Below, piece by piece: positions 1 to 16,000 of a stretch of 64,000 nucleotides of DNA. The DNA is taken from NCBI GenBank assembly GCA_051362555.1, contig CM120640.1, positions 11,966,001-12,030,000 on the forward strand, in the 5' to 3' direction. A program made the position numbers and the translations under genes. Position 1 is the first letter of the stretch. The number at the start of each line of letters is the position of its first letter. The stretch comes from Lingula anatina (Eukaryota; Animalia; Brachiopoda). The notes beneath the pieces were generated by a model, which was not told the origin of the DNA, did not search any database, and saw only the letters and a list, made by a program, of their open reading frames with translations.

Positions 1-32
1 AACCTGGCATTGATTTAATGTGTATATTGTAG

Positions 33-1259
33 AACCAGCTGGTGAATGCCCTTCCACTACAGGGTGGGGTAGGGATGCTATTACTACGGAAGATGGGCTG
101 GAAGCCTGGAGAGGGCCTAGGGAAGAATAATGAAGGTCCCAGTGAACCTCTTATGTTGGACGTCAAAATGGACAGAAAAGGTAAGCTTATAATCATCTAA
201 TATTTTGTGTATTGCAGCATAAAGAAGTGGTCTGTATTGTGGATATATATACTTAAAGGTACCATAATTTATGTTATATATGCTCTTTTGTCCATGTAAT
301 ATCATGTGGCAATCCTGGAGAATTACAAGCCCCTTGGAACTAGTGGAAATTTTAACAATGATATCTATTAGTAGCTATTTTGTTTAGTCCAAAAAGGACT
401 CCAACAAAAGCCTTAGTATGCAGTTCATTTGTTGTAGCAGTGAATAGAATGGTATTAATTTAGAGCATAAAATTCAGACTGCTTACAGTTTCACATATGA
501 ACTATTTCAGGATTGTATGGAGAAGGAGAAGGACCCAAGAAAGCACCTGTGGCAAAAATGCCAAAAGATTTATCTGGTAAGTTAAAAAAAAAAACATTTT
601 GTCTAAACAGTGGAAAAGTTTGTTTGTTTGTTTGTTTGTTTTTGTTTTTTTTTTTCAAATTTAAATTGTTGATAAATACATAGAAATAATATATATAAAT
701 ATAATTTGATTCAACTCACTTTAATAAGGATTTCTAAATGAGGGAGCAAATGTATTTCTTGATGCTGACACTTCCTTTGTGACTTAAATAATATTGCTGT
801 ATTTTGATGTCTAGGTAAACATCCTGTGTCTGCACTGGTTGAACTGTGTAATAAAAGAAGATGGGGATCACCAAACTTTCAGCTCGTTTTTGAAGAAGGA
901 CCATCTCACAAAAAGAATTTCCTGTTCAAAGTATGAAACAATTTACCACTTTCTGTTTTAATAAATGTACCGAATAACAATATTCAAACGTTTTATTCAA
1001 TAGTTAGGAATTTGGGTAAAAAATGCAATAGAAATTTATATTATTCCAATGAGAAAGCTTCTGTATTTTTTAAACAATATAAGATGAAGTAATTTATAGC
1101 TAGTATTTAAATGGGAATTTTTTTTTACTGCAGGTGAAAGTTAATAACACAGAGTACCAGCCATCAGTGGCATGTAACAATAAGAAAGCAGCCAAAGCTA
1201 TGGCTGCCACAGTATGTCTGCAAGCCATGGGTCTGGTGCCAAGGGACAGTGCCACATAG
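33..1259 (+). CDS. SON: SON RNA-binding splicing cofactor, last four coding exons (G-patch + DSRM); 5' part lies outside the window
   Basis: In-phase GT-AG exons 33-180, 511-576, 815-930, 1134-1259. Translation NQLVNALPLQGGVGMLLLRKMGWKPGEGLGKNNEG (G-patch)...KDLSGKHPVSALVELCNKRRWGSPNF...NKKAAKAMAATVCLQAMGLVPRDSAT* (dsRNA-binding motif) closely resembles the SON C-terminus. Confidence 0.95.
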
Positions 1260-2080
1260 AACAATTTCTCAGAACTCAATTTACATATGTAATATACAAG
1301 ATAATAGCAAAGTTTTCAATGGTCTATATGGCAAGGCAGTAACAAAGGACATTTTACCTATTCTTTTGCCATAATGTCAGATATATGAATGTTCTAAGAA
1401 CCAGCATACCACCTGATCAGAACTGTTTGTTCAGTGCATCAGAGACACTCAATTTTATTGAATATTTTTTTTGTCATTCTTCAGAGTCACTTAAAATATA
1501 TTTTAGAAAACATTCATGTCAGTCTTATTTTTTCAAATGGGTTTTATACAAAAACAATACAACAGAAGTTATAGTGTTAATACTAAAAATATAAAAACTA
1601 TCATTGAAAACTTAAAAAGGTCTTCAAATCTTAATTGATTCTCACTTTTTTTTCATACTTCAGGTCTATTAAATATATTAATTTGAAAAAAAATGTTTGT
1701 GTAAGAAGAGTGGCACTTCAAAATTTTTGGTACATTTATCTACACCTTTTTATCATTTTCTTCCATTTCTGGCAATTCCTATTCATCAAAATAAAATGTT
1801 AACAAAAAGAAAAACATGACACACTTGAAAAATAGATTGGTTATGAGTTTCATATAAATTTGAACATAATCACAACAAAATAAAATTGAGAGCATTTCTT
1901 TATGTATTAAATTATCTACATGAATTTACAAGTTTAAAATCGTTTATAACAGTATATTATTCACAATATGTTAAATAATTTTTATCATTAATAAAAGAGC
2001 CTGGTAAACATTCAATTATTAAAAATGGAGTAAAACCACAGATTTTCAAATGAAGGAACAGTTCAAGGTGTACCATGAAT

Positions 2081-6459
<4,379 letters not shown>

Positions 6460-6639
6460 TAGCAAATAAAATCGTTTATCCACTTGATGTTGATTTTACC
6501 AGTGTAGATCTAAAACCTAATATTGTACAAAAATTATACCCGTTTTGAACCAATCTGAATATTTCTGAACCACCTACATTTGTACCGAGTACTTATCAAA
6601 AAGAAGATATAACTACAGCATAAGACCATTCTCTGCTCC

Positions 6640-7086
6640 ATGCCGCAGACGTTCAAGCACTGATGCACTTAACTTCCCCAAATTTTCAACTCAACACCGC
6701 ATTTTCAGCTTCAAGAAAGTGCTTTACTAAAATAGTCGATAAATTTGACTTACCGAACTCCCGCGGGTAATGTCTTCATATAACTCTCGCTTAACTTGGT
6801 CTCGATTTAGATAAATTCATGATCTATTGCTCCAAATACAGTAATTTAATCAATCGAAAACGAGGTTTTATCGTGGAGAATATGGCGTCAATATTTATAC
6901 CGCCTTATACTAAGACCTTACCAATAGAGAGGTTGCCATATTTGTTTAGGAATGTAGTGAAACATTCACGGACACCTGTTTTTTTTCTTGCCAAAATGAG
7001 GTAAAATTAGACGCACTTTTGCAAATTCGTGACCCCAAGTGTCTTAGGAAAATATTAGAACAATGTAGCGAACGACAACGAACGAC
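6640..7086. promoter_or_regulatory. Bidirectional promoter between DONSON and the DGCR2-like gene
   Basis: CpG-rich patch between divergent start codons; YY1-like AATATGGCG near 6879-6887, CCAAT at 6921, and a minus-strand donor (GTAAG) near 6753 suggesting a non-coding DONSON first exon. Confidence 0.6.
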
Positions 7087-10000
7087 ATGAGGCGAGCGGA
7101 CGAACGAAGGGAGAGGCCGGCAGAGCACCTGACAGGGCCTGGTCCTAGTATCGTTGGCATGTCTTTTTTGCTGACATCATGTTCACAGTGGTTTTCTTTT
7201 GTGCTGGCGATCTTTGTTTTGGTTCCAAGACCTGCAGCTGGTAAGTTGTTCTTATACCTTCTTTTTGCATTGCCGCGCAGTAATATCCTGGCTGTCAACA
7301 GTGTCAACAGAGCATTTCTTTGTAATGTTTTATCCCCCCCCTCATTAATGTTAAAATATACCTTTGCATATAAACATTTATTCATAATACTTACTGTCTG
7401 TTCATCGACCCACTTGCACTTGTGCTGCCAGTTACCTTTCAAATTGCTCAATGATGGCTGGTGGCTGGTATCTTTTGAATGTGTACAGTGTACCTAGATT
7501 TATATTTCTAAGCACTTTTTATTTGTGAATATGTCTCGTGATATTATGACATTGTGGAGGTTATTTATTTTCTGCTTAAAAGGACACAAAAGAGGATTTT
7601 CGCGCCAAAATTGATTTATCCTGATTTATCCCGAGGTTAACACTACTTTTCCGCGATTTACCAACCTTTAATCTATCATTCCCGGCACTCGCCATCGCTC
7701 TGTAACATTTTTGGAAAATACAATAAAAAGAAAACCTCCGCTTAAGCGGAGGTTTACCAACAACCACCTCCATTTTCATCATTGAGCTCTCTAGACTTCC
7801 GGATCTCGCGAGATTCTCGTAAATGCGACCTAGTTAAAACCAGTTCAAGCTGCCGGGAAAGGACAACGTGAAACAGGAGGCTCAGTTATGCTGGGAGTCC
7901 TTCGAAGAAGCGAAGACAGATAAAAAAAAAAAAAAGAAACAGCCTTTACAAAAAACATGCGTAAAACAGTGTATCAGCAAATGTACGACAGGCAAACAAT
8001 AAACACCGGCGAGGAAGAAGGCAGATGAAAACGTGCACGCTTGGGTGGCCATGGATACGAAGAATGGCCTGGCCGCGAAGTATTTACTGGATTTGTGAGT
8101 ACCATTTACAATAATCTTTGAGATAAGACACCAGTGAAAATATTTATTAAGCACAGAGATTTATGTTTATTTACGTGTGTTCGTTGTATATCTTAACGAT
8201 TGTCAGGCTCGACTGTCAAAATATGCCATGAAATTGTAACTAATATGAGTGGTATCGATGACAGAAATTGCAAGTGTTGCTCATATGTCGACTCTGACAG
8301 GGTTTGGGTTAGTTTATAGAGCAAAGAAAGTTTAAATAAAAACGGACACGGTGGGAGATACTAGTCTCATTACATGTACATTACAATGACCGGGGCGAAT
8401 TTTTGACTTACCGAGGGCACATTCTTGTGCCTCTAACATCTAGGCATACCACAGTAATTAAGACATATGACAAAGATGCTATTTCTTTAGGCATCTAAAT
8501 CCCAAAATGAATGTGCAGAAGCTGTTATTGTATCTAAGTTTAACCCAATGTTAAATGGCATGTCAACTATAAGTGAAAATAAATAGTAGTATTTTGATTT
8601 TATATTTTAAAGACAATTTGTCTCCTTTTTACATTAAAAATAAATAAATCAGAAAGGGGATATTGCATGTTTATATGTTTGGTACATCTCTCTAATGTAT
8701 TAAATAGTCCAGAGTAATAATTTATATCATACAATTTTAACTTCCAACCAGTATTTCGGAGATTAAACCAATATGAAGTGATCAAGAAACTTCAAAATTA
8801 AGTTGTAGTTAATACTAGTGCAGTTGAAGATGACAGTCTAGATAATTTAAGGTGATCAAATTGAGAAAAATGGCATTTATACTTATTTCAGTTATGTTTT
8901 TACATAATTTTTCTCAAACTCGATTATCTTATTTTATGTACTGTTGCTTTTTTTTTTTTTTTGGTTGCAGTATCAAGGTAACTTTTTCCTATGGTATGCC
9001 TGAACTGGAATAAGTGCAGATGGAAGAGGAGGAAGATGCTGAAGAAGAGGGAATTAAAGGATCCTGATGATCCAACATGGGACTAAAACATGTCTTTAGA
9101 GTAAGCAGAATTTTAATAAGCTGATATTCACTCCTCATATATTAGGCATATAGGTGCATGATTTCTCTTTTATCAAATTTTTTTCCAAATTGGCGATACA
9201 TAATGTAAACATAATGCAAGACTCTATTTCCTCCGTCAACTGAAACGAGCTAAGCTTTACCAAAGTATTGTGCACTCAATTCTAGAATATGCCTGCCCTG
9301 TGTGGCATCCAGGACTAACTATAGAGCAATGCAAACTCTAAGAGACTGACCAAACTAGTGCTTTGAAGATTATTTTCCCTGACCTATACTATGATGAAAC
9401 CCTGAACCTGGCATATGTGTACTTTAGATAAACGAAGAGATCTGTGCAAAACTTTCTTTTACAAAATAACTGAATCCTCTGACAAACTGAATCACATCTT
9501 TATTGATCAATCCAATCGTCTTTTAAGATCAAACAATAGTAACAAAGTGCCACAATTTAAGACCGACAGATTCTGATGCTCTTTTATTCCGTATGCACTT
9601 TTAAATTTCCAATAGTATTTTGTCTTTTATCCTAAGTACAATAATTTTAAAGTTCAATTAGCAGTCTTTTAACTCAGTTTTATTCAAGCAAATATTCACT
9701 TTATTTTCATTATAATTTTCTTAACACTATGTACAACTTCAACCCACTGAGTTGCAATCTTAATATATTATTATTATTATTATTTTGATTTGCTTTTTTA
9801 GACCTAAAGGTTATGAGCAACTGCCACTATGATGTCCTGAAGAAGAGTTTTTTACATGGAAGAGGAACTCCATGGCTCTCCACCAAAAAAAGAGGAACTT
9901 TTCTTGAGGGTCCAAAGCGGGGACGAGTTGGATAGTGAGAGACTTTTCCTGACTTTCGAGTGCTGCTTACAGGATATATTCAGTGAACTCATCTTGCCAA

Positions 10001-13000
10001 TGTGACAAAGCATAATCTGCTGACTTCAAACCATCTAGCACTTACATGTATGCTATAATGCAGACAGATTGGAAATCAAGGTGGTCTTTCCTCCCAAACC
10101 TAAGTCATATGCCTGATATTGAGAATAAACCATTTTGGTCCAGCATTTACTTCTTAAATCTAAATGACATCAAATGTATTATGGAATATGGTACTGGTGG
10201 CATATTGTGATTTCAACTTGATTTTAAACCAGTGTGTTGTTAGATTTTGTAAGATCACCAGTTGCAGTTTTGTGACTTTGTTACAGCATAAAATTCTGTA
10301 TTTGGCAAATGACTGCATGTCATTTCTTTTAAGACCTACAAAAATGGTTTGAGTGAACACTTGTGCCTGTATTCAATTCTCCACTCAGCCATTATTTAGA
10401 ATTCATGCAGGGAAGCCATGCCTGTATTTTTTAAAGAAATATTTAAACCTTTCTATTTATTCCCTGCACATCTTGGAAAAGTATGTGTGAATATCTTACT
10501 GATGAAACAATTTATGTTTGTGTAAGTTGGGTTGGTCCTTTCTTATGACACATCCCTTTGCATGGAGACTTTTGTGTCAGCTCACATGAGTCAATACACT
10601 GACAGAGAGGGGGATAATTTGTTGATCTGCAATCCTCATGGGTCTGCATGTACATCAGACTCTTAACATGATAGCCTGGCTATTAATAAGTCTCTCTCAA
10701 AAATGTTATCATACTATAATGTGTACTGCACAATGTGAAAGTTTGTGAATGCTTGAATAGAAGGCTTATTTATGAAGATGGCATTAATGAGTATGAAAAT
10801 AATTATGCATTCTAGCTTACAGAATCTGTGTATGTCTTATTCATTACATGTAATAGGTAATAATAAAGATGATTTGGCCAAATTCCAAACTTATGTAGCA
10901 AACTTTGTTTATTCTTGTATTTTTGCCAAATATAAATAAAAGATGTTTCAATATTTAAACTTTTATTTCATTCATAATCTCTACCCAGTTAATGCTACAT
11001 TGATACTGCAGCTTATGCTTTGTACATAACAATATGTTAATTAATAATAACAGTTGGATAGTACATGTTAATTTACTAAAGGGCTAGTTCTTAGAAAAAT
11101 GTGTTCGACATTAAAATATATTCTAAAAAAGTTTTCAAGTATTGCATTAGAATTGAATCTTTGGATGTATTTGACAAAATTATAAAATTATTGAAGAGTT
11201 GACAATGCACAGAAAATAAAGGCCTTGAGGCTCTCGCTGATCTCAGTCTTGTCACTTTAAATACATGTACATGGGCATTATAATATAAAACTGTTCACTC
11301 GGTTTTGGTAAAAGGTGGTGGATCATGTGGTCATCGCTGCAAATTTTTTGTAGCAGTCTTTTACACAACTTGTCACACCGACATTGAAGTGATGCAGTAT
11401 TGTAAGATTGGAGTGCTTCCTGGTATGAGTTTTCCAGACATAACTTGAGGCACTGTAATAGTAAAATTACATAAAATGGTTATAAAGAAAAAAATGTATT
11501 GATATTATCATAACAGCACTATTCTTTAACAAAAATCAACAAATTAGAGGGCATGATCACTACATGATAACCAGCTTATTATAAAGAAGCAAGTCTGATT
11601 ATGGCAAAAAAAAAAAAAAAAAAAATTAAATTTAAATATCTGCAGCTGCATTAAATCATAAAGGCCACAAGAAGAAATAACATAACCACACATGGTTTCA
11701 AAGAACTGATGTAAAAAAATCACACTAATATTCCCCACTTGGAATTAGAAATTTGACTAGCTAATTTACTACAGTAAAGTGCTAAACCGTACCAAATGCC
11801 ACTGTTCACCCTCTAAAATACCAAAGTTTTAAGCAGGCCCAGGACCCCACGCCAACTAGGGGGGGTCGGCTTTGCATCCGCGGACCCCCCCCCCCCCCTT
11901 TCAAATAATCCTGGATCCGCCCATGTTATACTGCTAAAATTATTAACATACCTGATCTCTTCACTCGTGCTTGAAGGGGTGTATCACCCAATTCCTCCTC
12001 TGAAAGGCTAAAAAATCATTCCTTATAATCATATTCATTGACAATATTATTAAATTTACAAATAAGCTAACGTAGTTACGTGCCGTACAAAGAACACCCT
12101 CTAACCCCACTAGTACTCGAGTTACATTGTATATCTCATGAGATTCCCCTGCGAGAATATGGTGTGAGGTTAGTCTGTAAGTACTGGTAGATGACCACAT
12201 TGAGCAGAAAAGGGTATTCCTCCTGCTTGACAGAACTATCGATACACCTCAGGGGTAAAGTGCACTATCTCGCTTCATATAACTAGTAGTACGTACCCAG
12301 TGCGAGTGATTTGGCTGCGAGTGCGTTACCCGAGGAAACGTTAATTATTAGCAGTTATCTACGCTTTTTAACTTCCTCTGCCAGACATTTTGATTTCCAC
12401 TGCCATCTTCCCATTTTAAAGTACTTTTGGTAAATATAACTCGCTTACCTGCAAAGATTCGGTGAGCAATTCCTCTTCTCCTTCACGTCCACGCTCACCT
12501 TCGAAACGACATGCTGTCTGCATTGTTTACATCTCGTATCTGAGTCGAGAAGCCGCGTTATTTCAAACTGTGTCAAGATGGCTGACGCCCGGGGTTCGAA
12601 AGTGGACGGTGAATATGATTCTTTTTTTCGATATTGATTAAGGCCATTTACCTGCCATTTTATGCTTTCCCCATAGCAATTGTTCTCAGATAAGTTAAAA
12701 AAGAAGCAATCCATGCACTAAAAAGGCGTTTTTAATCCTATTTTTTGTCCCTTTAAGCAAAATAGCAGCAAGATGCATTATATATTATGAAGCTTTTTAC
12801 ATTCTGGTCTGAGGTGTGTGCATGAAAATACAGTCTTCTTCAAAATAACTTTGTCATGAAAAAATACCTTTTTTTTTTACACATAAATTTTTTTTTTATA
12901 TACATAATTTTTTTTTTCAATGTTATATCATGCTTTCTGTCTATAAACTGAGTTAACTTACCATCCTTTAATTTGCTCAGAGGCCATGTTCCAGTCATAT

Positions 13001-16000
13001 TCTTGCTTTGTTTGAAATCACTTATCAGTGCTTAGGGGAAATTAATTTTGACATATATAGATAGTGTACAAGATATTGACATAAAATGCTGTGAAAAAAT
13101 TTTCCCAGGGGTCTCAACAGATTTTGGTGGTACTTTCTAGTACTAATTAGTCACCATTATATTGAGTCAAGTTTTTACTTAAAAATACTAAACATGACTG
13201 TTACTATTATTTGCATTACTTTCTTATTTTATGTCATGTTTAAGTGTTATTTTGGATAGGTTAGTCATTTCATAAATAAAAAAATGTGAGGTGTGTTAAG
13301 TCATAAAAATTTCTTTTGAATTTAAAAAGAAAATAAAAGATTTCAAGGCCATTAAAATCCTTTTATCTATAATTTCTCTTAAAGTGAAAGTGAAGATTTG
13401 GATGTCATTTTGTCAAACATGTAGGATTATTACGTGATAATTACGTGAGGAGTTTTAGAAAGTTGCTGATTTTGCATTAAATATGTAAAAACAAGAATTG
13501 TGATGGATGCTGTGAGGCATGTACTGTAAGGTTTTCACCCTATGCAAATATTTTGTGGTTTTTTCCCAACATAACTAAGATACTGATATTTAACTAAGAC
13601 AACATTTGAGCCATTAGCACAGAGAAATAAGTTTATTTTCAGCATTGCATTTAAAAGATGCCAAATGAGAGGTTTAAAAAGATTATTACTGCAATGAAAC
13701 ATGTGATTTTTTACTTTGGCTCTACTTTTCATTGTATTGTTAACATGATATGTTGTGGAGATGGTTTTAGTGATTTGTAACCTACAAACTCCCACTCTCA
13801 AAGAAAATTTGAGATACCCTCCAATTTAACTATATTGTACTGCCAAAAAACACCCCAAGCCTTTTTCTATGGATTGGAACATGTGAAGAGGAAAATACAA
13901 AAGTGTTTGCTTTGATCATTCATAAGCTATTGGGATAGAAATGCAGCATTTCTTTGGACAAAATCTGTCATTTGAATTCACTAGGGCTGTAACCAATATT
14001 GAATATCTGACAAGTTTGTTGACACAGGATCTTAATAAATTTATAAAAAGCACACAAGTCTCCCAAGACAGCAGTGCTAGTAATTAGAATCATATCTGAA
14101 AAAATCAATAAAGTCTCTTGAAATGTGTGATAAATGCCTATTTTTATATTTTCTCACTTTCTTGGGCTATTAAGTGTGCTCACAATGTTTGTATATAAAA
14201 CTTTCTTTGGAATCAGCTTAAACTAGAAGGCATGTTCAGGTTTATGTACAACAGAGCATTCCATAGTCATTTGGACAAGAAAAATCAATAATGAAAAATG
14301 TTTCTCAGAATCAGATCCACCTTTGATGTCTGATAGTTCTGTGAAAGCTTTTTAGCCAGGTCTGTCGCCAGCAATATCAAAATTGGGTGGGTCTTTTTTT
14401 GGAAACAATGGAGCTTTATACAGTAAAACTTTTGTTTTTTAATGGCATAAAACCAGGATCTTGTTTTGATTCTGAATGGATCTTTTCCCAGTTAAAAGGG
14501 TCTTTTTTCTCTGTGTGTGATGTGAACAGAGTTTTGTGTAGAGTCAGGGATATTTTTATCTTGTAGCCTTATAGATAAACTAGCTAGCTCTGTCTGGGGC
14601 TCCAGTAATATGTTTAAAGTTTGCAGTAAAGGGAGGGAAATTATCTCATCTGGTTTCCCCATTTATTTCCATTACCGTTTCTGTTCTGGGAGGAAAAGAG
14701 CAACAATGATCTTTATGTGGTATGTGTTTACCCAAACAGCACAGAACAGGGTGCTCTGTTACCAAGCTGAGTATGCCTCTAGCCCAGAGAATATTGTAAA
14801 TGATGAACAGCCATGATGTATGGCAGCATGAAGTGGAAAGTTTATTGACATTTATTGGAAATATGAATATCTGCTGTGGTAACTACCACCAACCCATTGA
14901 TTTAAAATTGTCTAGTGTTATGAACCTGCTAGCTGTCAGTCTGTCTTGATCTTTACATTTTGTATGTGATATAGATATGGCTGCATACTCTTCTTTTGTT
15001 ATATCCCCTCGTTCCTTGGACAATTGGAATAATTTGATCTTACAGACCTAATCCATAAGTGTCTTTTCCTAGCCATTGATTTCTCTATTAGAAATTCATT
15101 TGGGACATAGAGTAGAATTTAGATATCTTTAGTACTACACAAGACATATGGAAATGACATCTGGCATGATGTAGATCAAAGGTTATAAAACATTGAGAAT
15201 TTTGATAGTTTTCAAGAAAACTGTGAAAGTTAATAGAAATTATTAAGTAGGATTCCTTAAAAAAGGGGCAGTGGTGTATATAGTAAAGCCATGCTGTATT
15301 AGGGCAGTATAGTGTGCAGTTTGCTGTATTAGCACTCTAACATGTTTAAATTATGCATTCAAAGGATTTGTGTCTCTTTCTGAAGTTCACTTTTCACCTC
15401 GGGGGCATAATAAATTTTACAGTTTGAAGGAAATGTCATTTTGATAAACCTGTGTGCTAAGGTAGAATTTTTATGCAAGGTATACATAAAATGAACATAA
15501 TATTGTAATTCAGATGTAAAATATTAAGGCATGTACCAGCTCTTTATACTGTAAATGTGTGTAGTTGGCAAGTGCTAAATCTACTGGTATAGACTGTTAA
15601 GGTTGTCAGTTATAAACGTCAAAACATGATAAAATGCTTGAACATCATCAAGGTTTTTTATCCTAAAAATATTGAAATTAGACTGATTTACATTTATTCA
15701 CTAGTGCCCTAGACATGTATACCCATTGCTCTTTTCTCAACTTTTTATCTTTTCTCTTCTGTTGCAGCCGTCGATGCAAGGTGCTATGACTGGCAGGGTT
15801 ACAAGGTGGAGGAGGGATCTCAGTACATCCCTAAGGGGGATGACCCCTGCATGGTTTGTGTGTGTGAGAAGGGATTCCCCACCATGTGTGCCTCCCCCAG
15901 TTGCTCCCCACCACAGTGTAAGATGTTTGAGGAGGTGGAGGGCAAGTGTTGTGAATATGTCTGTGTGGTCTCTCCCATTGTTCCACCTGCCACCAATGGC

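Noticed and set aside
12090-12300. Telomerase RNA, RNase P/MRP or miR-17-like identity for the structured RNA
   Set aside because: No complete CCCUAACCC-type template or paired P4 conserved regions; the TAAAGTGC match is only 8 nt and not in a pre-miRNA-like arm.
12499-12512. Minus-strand MSFR start resembling GAR1
   Set aside because: No Gly/Arg-rich or GAR1-domain exons follow; the spliced frame stops after 9 codons.
15265-15300. tRNA/SINE-like head GGGGCAGTGGTGTA
   Set aside because: No B-box or cloverleaf follows.
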